A stretch of 64,000 nt of DNA from Nostoc sp. DedSLP01 (GCA_034530875.2 JAVRCJ020000009.1:183298-247297), one strand, 5' to 3'; shown: positions 21,118 to 31,759, counted from the first letter of the stretch. A program made the numbers and translations. The notes: generated by a model not told the origin, from the sequence alone.

Positions 21118-21711
21118 CTATTGCCAAAAATCTGTAACGTCATATCCCAGTTCTGCTAGCATCTGCCGCAAGAGGGGTAAGCTGAGGCCAATTACATTGC
21201 TGTGACAGCCTTCGATTTTTTCGACGAACAAACTACCAAAACCTTCAAGAGCAAAGGCGCCAGCACACTTAAGGGGTTCGCCTGTAGCTACATAAGCTTT
21301 GATTGCCTTGTCGCTCATTGGAGCAAAGTAAACTCTTGTAACTTGAGACTGGACTACAGTACGGTTTTGGTCGAGGTCAATCAAGGCGTGACCTGTATAT
21401 AAGTCGCCAAAGCTACCTTGCATTATCTGCCAACGAGCGATCGCTTCACTAGCGTCTGCCGGCTTGCCATGAATCTGATTGTTGACAGACAAAACCGAAT
21501 CACAACCCATAATCAAGCCTGATTTAAACTGTGGGATTACAGTTTGTGCTTTGTACTGAGCAAGAGTTTTGACTAATTGTTCGGGTTCGCTTAATTGGAT
21601 TTGCGACTCATCAAAGTCACTAGGTCGGACTATCGGTTCAATACCAACAGTTTGCAGCAAGCGCCGTCGCGCTGGGGAAGCTGAGGCCAGTACAAAAGGT
21701 AGGATGCCCAT
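21118..21711 (-). CDS. maf: Maf family nucleoside triphosphate pyrophosphatase
   Basis: [26 protein letters not shown] motifs. The upstream ORF extension is repeat DNA. Confidence 0.92.
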   Translation of the reverse strand: MGILPFVLASASPARRRLLQTVGIEPIVRPSDFDESQIQLSEPEQLVKTLAQYKAQTVIPQFKSGLIMGCDSVLSVNNQIHGKPADASEAIARWQIMQGSFGDLYTGHALIDLDQNRTVVQSQVTRVYFAPMSDKAIKAYVATGEPLKCAGAFALEGFGSLFVEKIEGCHSNVIGLSLPLLRQMLAELGYDVTDFWQ

Positions 21712-21714
21712 AAA

Positions 21715-21850
21715 GAGATGAGGGGGAGATGGGGAGATGGGGAGGCAAGGGGTAAAGGAGCAGGGGAAAAGGTTAAAGGGAAAAGGGATAAATATAATCT
21801 TTCGCCTTTCCCCCTTACCCCAATCCCAATACCCCATTCATTAGCCCCAT
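21715..21850 (-). repeat. ~140-bp composite repeat, copy 2
   Basis: Inverted copy of 14450-14590. Confidence 0.85.
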
Positions 21851-21859
21851 ACCCAATTA

Positions 21860-22405
21860 TCAATAAACAGCAAAAGAATTTACAACTTCATCAATTGTTT
21901 GTTTAACTTTTGGCCAGCGTTTTTCAGAAACTGAGGCGTTGAAGGTAAAAAGTTTACCGCGGCTAACAGCGACGCTGGCGATATTGTGGCGTTGCTGTTG
22001 ATTGGGAAGTTTAACTTCATACTCTAAAAGGTAGTATGTTTTACCATCTACTTCTCGCTGTGCGGCATTGATTAATTCAGCTGAGCGACCAGAATCAGCA
22101 GGTGCCAGAGCTGCTTTTCCCAATTTGTATCCTACTTCTGTGGGAGTTCCCAATTCTGCTAAAGTTTTATTTTCTGGAACTGGGCTGATCGCTACAGAAA
22201 CGTTTTCTGATACTTCAATTAAATCGTGAAAAACCACATCCGGGCCGTTGGCGACTTTAACTTGCAGCCAGCCATTAGGATATAAAAACTGATAGCCATC
22301 ATTGGTGTCTACAAAGCTTTTGAGTCCAGCTGCGATTGCTACATCAGAATTGCTCAGGCTGAAGCTCAACACCAATAGCAAAATTAATACAATTCGTTTC
22401 CACAT
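21860..22405 (-). CDS. psbP: Photosystem II PsbP-like protein (CyanoP)
   Basis: DGYQFLYPNGW, ENVSV, LGTPTEVG, RGKLFT motifs; signal peptide. Confidence 0.9.
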   Translation of the reverse strand: MWKRIVLILLLVLSFSLSNSDVAIAAGLKSFVDTNDGYQFLYPNGWLQVKVANGPDVVFHDLIEVSENVSVAISPVPENKTLAELGTPTEVGYKLGKAALAPADSGRSAELINAAQREVDGKTYYLLEYEVKLPNQQQRHNIASVAVSRGKLFTFNASVSEKRWPKVKQTIDEVVNSFAVY

Positions 22406-22525
22406 TTATACAGGTTCCTTTAGGCTGGAGGCAATACCAGGCAAGCATCATTTATCGTTTTTATTCTCCCACCAAGCGGCACGTTTGGGGTGAAGCATTA
22501 AGATGAGGGGGTTTATCGACAATAC

Positions 22526-22698
22526 AAAAAACCCCGACTGGATAGCCGGGGTAAATGGGAGAAGTCCAAATGTCGATGAGATATACCGATACCGAAGTCT
22601 ATTTTTTTAGCTAACATTCAAGGCAACCAAAACTAGAAAGGTCAGATAGAGGTGCAACCCTAACTAGCTGGCTTGCTTTGCTGCTTTGTTAACCTATG
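22526..22698 (-). ncRNA. Candidate sRNA, possibly a PsrR1 (SyR1) homolog
   Basis: TTGACT-N18-TATATT promoter; HLR1-like repeat over the predicted start; terminator ACCCCGGCT..AGTCGGGGTTTTTT; no ORF in the track. Confidence 0.55.
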
Positions 22699-22906
22699 TA
22701 AATAAATATAACAATATTTATTACAGTTAGTCAACTAGCCTTGACAAAAAAGTTTGATAGCTTTAAGAACCATTTATCAAGGTAGTACACCTGAGAAAAT
22801 TTTGAGCGTCAGCCATGAAAAAATCAGTAGGGGCTGGAGACTGGTATTTTTACATCGCAAAAGTCTTTACAATTCCCTTGTTGGCTCAAAAAGTATTTTT
22901 CAACGT

Positions 22907-23743
22907 ATGACGAATCAAGCTCCTATCCCGGTTATTGTCAATGGTGCTGCTGGTAAGATGGGTCGTGAAGTAGTTAAGGCGGTGGCGCAAGCACCAGATT
23001 TGAACTTAGTGGGTGCAATTGATAGCAGTCCGCAACATCAAGATAAAGATGCTGGAGAATTGGCGGGTTTAAGCGAACCTTTGGAAGTGCCAATTACCAA
23101 TCAATTAGAACCGATGTTGGGTTATGTGGCTGGGGAGAGACAAGGGCCGCCAGGGGTGATAGTGGATTTTACTCATCCGGATTCAGTTTATGATAATATT
23201 CGCAGTGCGATCGCCTACGGTATTCGTCCGGTAGTTGGCACCACTGGATTGAGTCCAGAACAAATTCAAGATTTAGCAGACTTTGCCGAAAAAGCTAGCA
23301 CTGGTTGTCTAATTATTCCTAACTTTTCCATTGGTATGGTGCTGCTACAACAAGCCGCAGTCGCCGCTTCTCAATATTTTGACCACGTAGAAATTATCGA
23401 ATTACATCACAACCAAAAAGCTGACGCTCCCAGCGGTACTGCGATTCAAACGGCACAGTTATTAGGAGAATTAGGTAAAGCTTTTAACCCGAAGTTGGTG
23501 GAAGAAACTGAGAAATTACCAGGAGCTAGGGGAAGCCAAGCAGATGAAGGTATTAGAATTCATAGCGTGCGTTTGCCGGGATTGGTAGCGCATCAGGAAG
23601 TCATTTTTGGCGCACCGGGGCAGATTTATACTTTACGGCACGATACGAGCGATCGCGCTTGCTATATGCCAGGAGTACTGTTAGCCATTCGCAAAGTCTT
23701 AGCGCTAAAGTCATTAATATATGGATTAGAAAAAATACTTTAA
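22907..23743 (+). CDS. dapB: 4-hydroxy-tetrahydrodipicolinate reductase
   Basis: [27 protein letters not shown] motifs; start MTNQAP. Confidence 0.95.
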   Translation: MTNQAPIPVIVNGAAGKMGREVVKAVAQAPDLNLVGAIDSSPQHQDKDAGELAGLSEPLEVPITNQLEPMLGYVAGERQGPPGVIVDFTHPDSVYDNIRSAIAYGIRPVVGTTGLSPEQIQDLADFAEKASTGCLIIPNFSIGMVLLQQAAVAASQYFDHVEIIELHHNQKADAPSGTAIQTAQLLGELGKAFNPKLVEETEKLPGARGSQADEGIRIHSVRLPGLVAHQEVIFGAPGQIYTLRHDTSDRACYMPGVLLAIRKVLALKSLIYGLEKIL

Positions 23744-23970
23744 ACAGAGAGAATTCAAGAGTCAGGAGTCAGAATTCAGAATTTAACTGAGTACAACTGG
23801 TGAATGTACCTTGCCTCTGCGTAGGAGTATAAACGGTGAAACACTCGTGCATAATTCTCAATTTAGCGATCTTCAATTAGTAGCAGACTTGTAGCTCACT
23901 AATTTATTCTGAATCCTGAATTCTGAATTCTGAATTCTTCTTTAACCTCATTACTTAGTACTCAGCACTC

Positions 23971-24660
23971 ATGTTAGTACCACTGACTCGCCAGAAATTT
24001 GAACAAATTGTCCCCTTAATTGCCACTGGACTTCAGTACAAGTATTACTGGGGAAAGTTTGCAAATTTTTTGCAACGCTTGTTAATTTCTGTAGTTGCCG
24101 TAGTTGTAATTCTGCTTGTCAGAGCCTTTTTCAGACTGGAGTTCGGGCCGATAATATTTGTGCTGGGTGTAATTAGCGGTTTTTTTTGGCTGTGGTATCC
24201 GGTGTTTCAAGCAAGTATCAGGAATTCACAATGCCGCCGTTATAAATACAGCGGCTTTTTCCGCGGTCGAGTCTTAGATTGGTGGATTACAGAACAGTTA
24301 ATTGGGAAACAAGAAACCGTCAATAGCAAAGGTGAATTGGTAATTGTCGAAAACCGAGAAAAACGGATTAACTTAGAAGTCGGCGATGATACGGGATTTA
24401 GTCTTGAATTTGACGCGCCGCTGCGTTCTACCCATAAAGCGATCGCTCGCGGTCAAATCGCAGAAATGGTAGTCATGTCAAATCGCCCAGATTTAAGCAC
24501 CATCGAAGAATTTACCGATATCTACATTCCTAGTCGCGACCTTTGGGTGAGCGATTATCCTTACCTGCGGCGCGATTTCTTTAACGAAGTCGGCCGTCGC
24601 TTGCGTGAAGATCGAGAGGAGAGAAGGCCGCGTCGGCGTCGGCCAAGAGTAGAAGACTGA
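23971..24660 (+). CDS. Conserved-looking hypothetical membrane protein (2 TM)
   Basis: 229-aa ORF with two hydrophobic helices. Confidence 0.8.
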   Translation: MLVPLTRQKFEQIVPLIATGLQYKYYWGKFANFLQRLLISVVAVVVILLVRAFFRLEFGPIIFVLGVISGFFWLWYPVFQASIRNSQCRRYKYSGFFRGRVLDWWITEQLIGKQETVNSKGELVIVENREKRINLEVGDDTGFSLEFDAPLRSTHKAIARGQIAEMVVMSNRPDLSTIEEFTDIYIPSRDLWVSDYPYLRRDFFNEVGRRLREDREERRPRRRRPRVED

Positions 24661-24713
24661 ATGCCAGAAATACTAATACTTTTACCTCCTGCCTCCTGCC
24701 TCCTGCCTCCTGC

Positions 24714-26126
24714 TTAACGGCTACATCCAACCTTGATGAGTTTACCTTTGAGGCGATAAGTTACTGGTTCGCAAACAAGACTTGCCGAATCCAGCTTCAT
24801 AAAACTCGGTGCAGAGCGACTTTGTTTAGATAGCTGCGATCGCCAATCGCCAGCTATTTTTTTCAAAGTCGGGTGTGCTTTGATAAACTCTGCATCTGCA
24901 ACAATATCGTTAGCTCCCTTAACCTTTACAGAGGGACTATTGAGGTAGATATTGTAATCAAAAATAACATTTTTGCCTTTAATATTATTGTTAACATCCT
25001 TACCAGGATAAGCATAGAGAATATTATTTAAAACTTTCACATCAGATGATTTTTGAGTAAATATTTGCCCTAAATCAAGTTCTGGAGTCTGATTATTTAA
25101 AAAAGCTGTGTTGTTTATAATATCGACATGAGCGCCATAAAATGCATGAATACCAGAACCACCATTATGAAATGTCAGATTATTTTTAACTAAAGTACGT
25201 CCTTTATATGGAGGTGTTTTTGAGCCGTTACCCTTAACTAAACTATCAATAATAATGCCATTCCCGTCCGTAATAGTTCCAGTATTAATCCAAGGAATAT
25301 ACTGTCGATTGTTGTAGACCTTGTTGTTAGTTACAAACATCTTATATCCCCGCTTATTATCAGAGTTCCAATTACGCAGCATGGAAATCCCGCTGCCAGC
25401 ATAGACACCATACCAGGCATTATCGAATACTTCGTTATTATCTATAGTCACATAGTCGGCTTCAATTACTCCAATACCGCCGCCACTACAGCTATGCAGT
25501 TTGTTATTGACAATACGTATATGATGCGGATGACCTTTTTTTCGTCCATCTATACTAATACAGCCTCCATTTGTCAGAGGATTTAATCTGTTATTCCTCT
25601 CACTCATGGCATACTCAAGAGTGACATTGGCACTATTTCCTATTATTTCAAGACCATTTACTTCAATATATGAAGCGCCTTCTTTAATGGAAATTCCCTG
25701 CCATCCATTGTGCTGAAGCTTTGGTGAATGCCCGGGATATGCTTTAAACTGAATCCATGCATTTGCAGTTCCAGAGCGAGTAATTGCTACTACATCTCCT
25801 TTTGGATTTGCATTTGTGTAGACTCCGTTCATAATGAGTACGGTGTCTCCAGGCTTGGTAAGATTTGCTGCCTTTTGAATACTTCTAAAAGGGGATGAAA
25901 CAGAAAGTCCATTATTTATGTCGTCCCCATTACCGCTAACGTAGTATGTTTTTCCTTTTGTTTTAGTACTAATTAACTGGGGAGTCGGCGGTACTACTGT
26001 TTCCTCAACAATAGAGTCCTGACTAACATCTTCGACTACAGATAATTTGTTGTCTCCCTGAAGCAAAAGGCCTAAAACTACAGGGATTGCAATATATGTA
26101 CTTAAGCTAAAACCTTCTATTACCAT
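24714..26126 (-). CDS. Secreted right-handed parallel beta-helix (pectate-lyase-like fold) protein
   Basis: YYVSGNGDD..NG..PFRSIQKAA..PGDTVLIMNGVY and Asn-rich repeats. Confidence 0.85.
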   Translation of the reverse strand: MVIEGFSLSTYIAIPVVLGLLLQGDNKLSVVEDVSQDSIVEETVVPPTPQLISTKTKGKTYYVSGNGDDINNGLSVSSPFRSIQKAANLTKPGDTVLIMNGVYTNANPKGDVVAITRSGTANAWIQFKAYPGHSPKLQHNGWQGISIKEGASYIEVNGLEIIGNSANVTLEYAMSERNNRLNPLTNGGCISIDGRKKGHPHHIRIVNNKLHSCSGGGIGVIEADYVTIDNNEVFDNAWYGVYAGSGISMLRNWNSDNKRGYKMFVTNNKVYNNRQYIPWINTGTITDGNGIIIDSLVKGNGSKTPPYKGRTLVKNNLTFHNGGSGIHAFYGAHVDIINNTAFLNNQTPELDLGQIFTQKSSDVKVLNNILYAYPGKDVNNNIKGKNVIFDYNIYLNSPSVKVKGANDIVADAEFIKAHPTLKKIAGDWRSQLSKQSRSAPSFMKLDSASLVCEPVTYRLKGKLIKVGCSR

Positions 26127-26225
26127 AATACTAGGCTCCTTACTCGCTGCTATCCAATAAAAGCATCAGGATATTTACTAATTTTTAGTACTATTTTGAT
26201 ACAGGATAGCACAGAGCTAAGTTTC

Positions 26226-26855
26226 CTAGCTGCCTCTATTTCGGTCTTGTCCATAAGCTTGCCAAGCCAAATCTACCAATCCATCAACGATCGCAGCTGC
26301 TATCACTGCATTACCTTTACGGCTTTCTATCGTGATGTGAGGAACTAAGGAGTCTTGCAAGCGCCCTTTAGCCTCATCAACATTTACAAATCCCGCTGGA
26401 GTCGCAATTATTAAAGCTGGTCTAATTTCCTCAGCTTCAATTAAATCTACCAGTGCTGTTAATGCTGTTTGGGCTTGACCCACCACAAAAATCCCTTCTG
26501 GATAACGCTTTGCTAGGGTTTCTATTCCCCATGCTGCCCGCGTTTTTTCTTTTTGCGGGCGTGTCAGGGCTTCCATGCTGCAATACACTGGATTGGCAAA
26601 AGTGTTTTGAATGTCGTAGGCAATACCTACTTGTACCATCGGTACATCTACCACAATCGTAGTCCGAGCAGCTAATGCTGCTGCTCCAGCTTGCAAGGCA
26701 CGTTCAGAAAAGCGAATCAAAGACTTATACTCAAAGTCAGCCGTAGCATAGATTACGCGGCGCACAATCTCATATTCTGCGGGTGAAAAGACATGATCGC
26801 CAATTTCACTGTCAATGATTGCTAAACTTTGAGCATCACTTACGTGCCATTCCAT
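26226..26855 (-). CDS. Precorrin-8X methylmutase (CobH/CbiC)-like protein
   Basis: SLAII..E, RRVIYATADF, DVPMV, PAGFVN motifs; several deviate from the consensus. Confidence 0.8.
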   Translation of the reverse strand: MEWHVSDAQSLAIIDSEIGDHVFSPAEYEIVRRVIYATADFEYKSLIRFSERALQAGAAALAARTTIVVDVPMVQVGIAYDIQNTFANPVYCSMEALTRPQKEKTRAAWGIETLAKRYPEGIFVVGQAQTALTALVDLIEAEEIRPALIIATPAGFVNVDEAKGRLQDSLVPHITIESRKGNAVIAAAIVDGLVDLAWQAYGQDRNRGS

Positions 26856-26965
26856 TTTTGTTGAGCTTCTCAAATATTTAGCTTTCAGCTTATCAGTTTC
26901 AGAGAGTTAGGAGTCAGAATTCAGAATTCAGAAGTCAGAAGTCACAATTCCCCACTCAGTACTCT

Positions 26966-27772
26966 TCACTCATTGCTGGCAGAAGGGCGACTGAAAACAG
27001 GAGATAGATAAGCAACTAAAGCGCCAATGAAAAACCCAGAAATATTGCGAACTAGAGGTAACCAGTCGCTTGTGCGTGTCACTACTGGACCGATGCCAAA
27101 GGCAATAAATAAGATTCCCCACAAAGGTGAGAAAATTAAAGCCCATTGCCAAGCAAAAATCTGTCCTTTTTCACGGGGTTGAGCTGCAAATCCACAAATT
27201 ATTCCGCCAATAACTGAAGTAATCAAGGTGAGAATCCATTGTTCTCGCGGCAGTCCAGGAACAACATTACAACCACCTTTAACTAAACAGCCTTTAACGG
27301 ATTCTAAGGCTTGAAGAATGGCTTGGTCTTCACCTTGTTCCCGTACAAAATACAAGTTACCGAACCTAGTTTGCAATTCTATCCAGAAAGTCCGGGGTAA
27401 AAGTTCATAAACAGCATCGCCGACACTAAAACTCAAGATATTACCACCCCGAGAATCAGCAACTAGCAGAATGCTTTTATCATCCAAACCCCAATAATTA
27501 ATCACTGCCCGGCCGGGAGTGCGGTCATACTGAGTCAATACTCGTAATTTCCAACCCGTATCGGTTTCAAACTGTTCTAAATCTTTGACAAGTTTTTCTT
27601 CTTGCAGTTCGGGGAGAGATTTAGCTAGGTCTACAACTGGGGTAAACGTCTTTGGAAGTAAGTCAGGATTGTCATAAGCCAGTGCCGGGGAAGAATGCAT
27701 TACCCAAATCGACCCAGCCAGGAAAAATACTGCAATGGATACCAGGATTCGTCGCCAAAAACTAGACTGCAT
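26966..27772 (-). CDS. TPM-domain membrane protein
   Basis: Signal peptide, FETDTGWKLRVLTQ, three C-terminal TM helices. Confidence 0.8.
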   Translation of the reverse strand: MQSSFWRRILVSIAVFFLAGSIWVMHSSPALAYDNPDLLPKTFTPVVDLAKSLPELQEEKLVKDLEQFETDTGWKLRVLTQYDRTPGRAVINYWGLDDKSILLVADSRGGNILSFSVGDAVYELLPRTFWIELQTRFGNLYFVREQGEDQAILQALESVKGCLVKGGCNVVPGLPREQWILTLITSVIGGIICGFAAQPREKGQIFAWQWALIFSPLWGILFIAFGIGPVVTRTSDWLPLVRNISGFFIGALVAYLSPVFSRPSASNE

Positions 27773-28036
27773 GAACGTTTTTAGACTGATATTAAAGGTA
27801 AAAGTGAACAAGTTGTTTTAAAAGAGTACTGGAAAAATCATACTTCTTTACACTTGTTTACTTTACTCTAATCTTATGGATCAAAGCAAAAGGTTTTTGG
27901 GTATGGGGACTAGGCAGTGGCATTTGTCAGCTTTTAAATATAAAGTGTATTTTGTCAATCAGTTAAAATACTTAAAATTGATGAAGCTATAGCGGAGTTT
28001 CCCATACAATAAAAGGAGAATAGTTAGAGGTGAGAG

Positions 28037-28357
28037 ATGACTAACAAAGAATTATTAATCCAAGAAATAGAAACTTTACCGCCGGAATTACTAACAGAAG
28101 CACTCGATTTGATACGTTCTATTAAGGTTAACTATACAAAAAAGGAGTTGAAATCAGGTAAGCTTGAATCTATACCTTTAAACGATCCTAGAGAAACTTC
28201 TGGCTCTCAAGAGCAACTTACATATCGTCCGGCTTCGGGACGCTCCATTCTTCGACATGCTGGTACTTGGGAAGGTGATGATTTTACAGAATGCCTTCAA
28301 GCAGTATATGCTACGCGTGGTCAAGCTAAAATTGATGACCAAAACCTATTTGAATAA
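28037..28357 (+). CDS. Putative antitoxin (DUF2281-like)
   Basis: LIQEIETLPPELLTEALD and AGTWEGDD; TAATG overlap with the PIN gene. Confidence 0.75.
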   Translation: MTNKELLIQEIETLPPELLTEALDLIRSIKVNYTKKELKSGKLESIPLNDPRETSGSQEQLTYRPASGRSILRHAGTWEGDDFTECLQAVYATRGQAKIDDQNLFE

Positions 28358-28800
28358 TGTATTTACTCGATACAAATCATTGTAGTGCTATTATTTTAGG
28401 TGAACCAAACGTTATCCGTGGCGTGAATAAAGTTGGAGAAAATAACATTGCCACTTGCGTAATTGTGCAGGGTGAATTGACATTTATGATGGAAAAATCC
28501 CAACGTAAGGAAAATAATCTAGTTCGCTTGACAGAATTTTTAGAAGATATTCGTATTTATCATATAACAGAACAAACAGCAACAATCTATGGTCAAATTA
28601 AGGCAGCTTTATTCAGCCAATTTGCACCCAAAGATAAAAACAAGTGGCGAAAAACTAAAATTGTTGATTTGGGTTTTGATGAAAATGATATTTGGATAGC
28701 TGCTATTGCACTGCAAAATAATTTAACTGTCGTTTCCAGTGATAGTGACTTTTTGCGAATTCAACAGGTGAAAATCTTTTCGCTGGAATCTTGGGTTTGA
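28357..28800 (+). CDS. vapC: VapC/PIN-domain toxin
   Basis: YLLDTN, GEL, NDIWIAAIA and VSSDSDF acidic motifs. Confidence 0.9.
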   Translation: MYLLDTNHCSAIILGEPNVIRGVNKVGENNIATCVIVQGELTFMMEKSQRKENNLVRLTEFLEDIRIYHITEQTATIYGQIKAALFSQFAPKDKNKWRKTKIVDLGFDENDIWIAAIALQNNLTVVSSDSDFLRIQQVKIFSLESWV

Positions 28801-28834
28801 TTTGCAGTATAGAGCTATAGCTGCATAATTAACC

Positions 28835-29422
28835 TTACAATACCCATTTTTTAACTATAGTTAAAACACAGCTATCTCCAATTAAAATATATGGTGCAAA
28901 AGCTGTGTTCTCGTTCCAGTCATTCAGAAGAGAATAAAAAGTAATCTCATAATTAGATTTATGGAATAATCTTTTTATTATCGTCTCCAAGAAAATTTCA
29001 AAATTAAGCTGATTTCTAAACCAAAAATTTATCAAATTTTCAAATTTATCTTGACTCAAACATTCCGCTCGACGATAAATGTCCAATTCATCCCAATAAT
29101 TTGTATCCAGTATATTCCCTATATCTGGATATAAATATTTGCCAAATTCACACAAATTGACAACATCACGGGTGCGAATGTAGCCTTTATCAAAACTTCG
29201 ATATCCGCTAGGTTTTGCAAATACTTTTAAATCACCTATTCCACTGTCCCAATATTTATCCTGGCTATTAACAGTATCTACAAATTTACGAACAACTTTG
29301 TATGTACTTGGTTCCTGGCAGAAATTTGGGAACAAGCACATTGATCCTAAAAAGACAGCTTGATTAAAATATGCTTCACCCGTTGTGCCAAATTGCTCAA
29401 TACAATGGCAAAGTTTATCCAT
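28835..29422 (-). CDS. Hypothetical AT-rich orphan protein (start uncertain: 29422, 29497 or 29524)
   Basis: Long open frame; the 5' part of the track ORF overlaps the upstream gene. Confidence 0.6.
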   Translation of the reverse strand: MDKLCHCIEQFGTTGEAYFNQAVFLGSMCLFPNFCQEPSTYKVVRKFVDTVNSQDKYWDSGIGDLKVFAKPSGYRSFDKGYIRTRDVVNLCEFGKYLYPDIGNILDTNYWDELDIYRRAECLSQDKFENLINFWFRNQLNFEIFLETIIKRLFHKSNYEITFYSLLNDWNENTAFAPYILIGDSCVLTIVKKWVL

Positions 29423-29510
29423 AAACAAAAACTGATTTTTTAAGCTGGTAAAATAGCATATTTTGACACCGCATAGGGAAGATAAGCAATGCCCCATACT
29501 ATTTTTTGGG

Positions 29511-30050
29511 TCAATCTTCATCATCAAAATCTGTTTCCCAGGAAGCAGCGTCGCTGTAAGCGTCATTGGCGCGATGGGCTTCTGATTTGATATGGCGATC
29601 GTCTTGTCTGAAGACTTCTCGTTCTCGCAACGGAAGTGCTGGTTTTTCATTGCTGGCGAGGCGATCGCTAGTTCGTCTTATAGGTTTTGGGCGCGTGAAG
29701 TTTCTCCAGGCTGCTTTGACGCCAACTAAGATGCTGCGCGTACCTACTTGCAGATTTTGAGCCTGTTTTCTTGCAGTATCGAGGCTTTGGTCAACTTGCT
29801 TGACTACTTGACTGGCACTTTTTACGCCTTGACTGACATCATCAGTTAAGTCATTAATTTCTAAACCAGCGAGGCGGATCGCATCTAGAGTTGGTGGTAA
29901 TTCTCGTGAAAGCGTATCAAATAGCTTTTCTGCACTCCTAGCAGCGCGTGCTAACTCCTGCAAAGCCGGTATAGCCGCCACTAAAACCGCAGTCAAGCTT
30001 GTGGCGACCAAGAGAAAGGAAAGTCCCAACCAAAACAGGGGTTCAATCAC
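29511..30050 (-). CDS. DUF948-like membrane-anchored coiled-coil protein
   Basis: N-terminal TM, ELPPTLDAIRL; follows the YtxH gene. Confidence 0.8.
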   Translation of the reverse strand: MIEPLFWLGLSFLLVATSLTAVLVAAIPALQELARAARSAEKLFDTLSRELPPTLDAIRLAGLEINDLTDDVSQGVKSASQVVKQVDQSLDTARKQAQNLQVGTRSILVGVKAAWRNFTRPKPIRRTSDRLASNEKPALPLREREVFRQDDRHIKSEAHRANDAYSDAASWETDFDDED

Positions 30051-30061
30051 GGTTACATCAT

Positions 30062-30412
30062 TTATGAGCGTTTTAATTGCTGGGGAAGAGAATCTGAGTC
30101 TTCAGGTGATGTTTGTCGCTTCAAGACTTCGCTTTCCCGCTGAGTAGCATCTACACCTGCGGCGATCGCTTCCTTTAATCTATCTAAAGTTTCATCCCAG
30201 TTCCGCAGTGCGCTGGCAGAAAGACGATCTGCTTGGATTTGCACGCTTGTTGATATATCTTCTGCCAATTCTGGGATAGCATTGGCAGATTTTTGTAAAA
30301 TTTTACGCGTTTCGCGCCCTGTGCGTGGAGCAACGAGCAAACCAGCTAAGGTGCCGATGCTAGCTCCCAGCATCAAACCGCTAATAAATAATCCAGAACG
30401 GTTATTAGACAT
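30062..30412 (-). CDS. YtxH-domain protein
   Basis: GLMLGASIGTLAGLLVAPRTGRETR motif. Confidence 0.88.
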   Translation of the reverse strand: MSNNRSGLFISGLMLGASIGTLAGLLVAPRTGRETRKILQKSANAIPELAEDISTSVQIQADRLSASALRNWDETLDRLKEAIAAGVDATQRESEVLKRQTSPEDSDSLPQQLKRS

Positions 30413-30533
30413 TTTTTTATTTCTCCCTTAGACCCATTTTAGGTGGGTTTCCCCCCCTTGCAAGACCTAAACAATTTTATCTAGTAATATCCTGACAAAA
30501 TATCAGCCAGAAATGTTGCTTTTATGCTTTAAC

Positions 30534-30869
30534 TCATTTTGTAAGTTTTGTTTTTCCAGGGGTCAAATCTAGCTTCCGAAAATAACGCTGCCAGATTTGC
30601 CGTCCCAGCACAATCAGGCTCAAAATTTGCTGTACTTGTTGAATTTGTATCTGTAGTGCTTGGTTTCTCTGGCGTAAGTTATAAATATTCTGCTGACTCA
30701 GATAAATATTTTCAGGGGCTTTATACAGTGTTGCATGGACACAACTTTCATAGGCGGTTAAGGTATCTGCTATACATGCTATTCGCTGCTTCAGTTGCCA
30801 CACCTGCGAAGCTACATAGAGTAGTATTAACGAAACTAAAGTATTAATTATGACAACTAAAATTACCAT
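30534..30869 (-). CDS. Hypothetical membrane-anchored protein
   Basis: N-terminal TM and coiled coil; co-oriented with the YtxH gene. Confidence 0.7.
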   Translation of the reverse strand: MVILVVIINTLVSLILLYVASQVWQLKQRIACIADTLTAYESCVHATLYKAPENIYLSQQNIYNLRQRNQALQIQIQQVQQILSLIVLGRQIWQRYFRKLDLTPGKTKLTK

Positions 30870-31489
30870 TGTTTATTTTGACTAATGCCAGCTTTGAGAA
30901 ATTGTTTGATGAAAAATTCTCTAACTCCTGAGCGATACTTGGGATGTTTCGGTTAACTGCGATCGAATGTTAAAATTGCTCGTCCAACAGTAGCTAATGG
31001 TGGTTGAAAGGTAATTTTTTAGAGAAATATTTTTCAGAAAGTCAATAATTCTTAGTTTTTTTCTAATAATGTTTTGATAAGCCAAATAGCAATTTCATTA
31101 CCTGTTATTAAATATTGTGCTTGTATTAAATAACCATTAGTGCTGGAAGTACAATGTACAACAATTTTTCGCGAATATCTATAGCCGTTGGCGATCGCCA
31201 CCTTTTCTTAAATATACCTTTTTTCCACCAGTGACAGCACTTCGCTAATGCCTAAAAAATCTTTAATTTAGCAATTTTGTAACAAATAAGTATCCACACT
31301 TTCTCAACCACAGCTACAATTGCCTTAGTCTCACGACTTGGTTTGCTTGCATCAACCCATATAATCGATACCCCCCTTCATCACTATGTTGGTTTCCTTA
31401 ACTGGATAATTCTAGTCAATTTGCGATCGCACTACATCAGCACAATGGTATTGACGTTTGATGCAATTGCTGGGAGAACTGCATTACAC

Positions 31490-31745
31490 TAGACCTCTTG
31501 CAAAAAACACTTTTGCACTCTTGTGGGGAAAGGTTAAAGGTTAAAGGGGAAAGGGGAAAGGGAAAGGGAAATCTTGAACCCAAACCTAGTAACCTTTTTT
31601 CCAAAGGGAATTCTAAGTTCAAAATGCTTATCCAAGCCGTAGTGCCAAAAACCCGCTAGCATCGCCTCCAAATCTTGGTGCTTTTATCCCTAGCAGTTTT
31701 ACGCCTGTCGTGTAAAGCTAGATTCTGCTTGCAAAAACCTTGTTT
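31490..31745. repeat. MITE-like element with purine-rich AAAGG(T/G) repeats
   Basis: GGGGAAAGGTTAAAGGTTAAAGGGGAAAGG, similar to part of the 140-bp repeat. Confidence 0.45.
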
Positions 31746-31759
31746 GCCGAATTATCCAA

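Noticed and set aside
30870..31490. Hidden gene or RNA upstream of the YtxH cluster
   Set aside because: The frame I read closes early and I found no convincing promoter-terminator pair.
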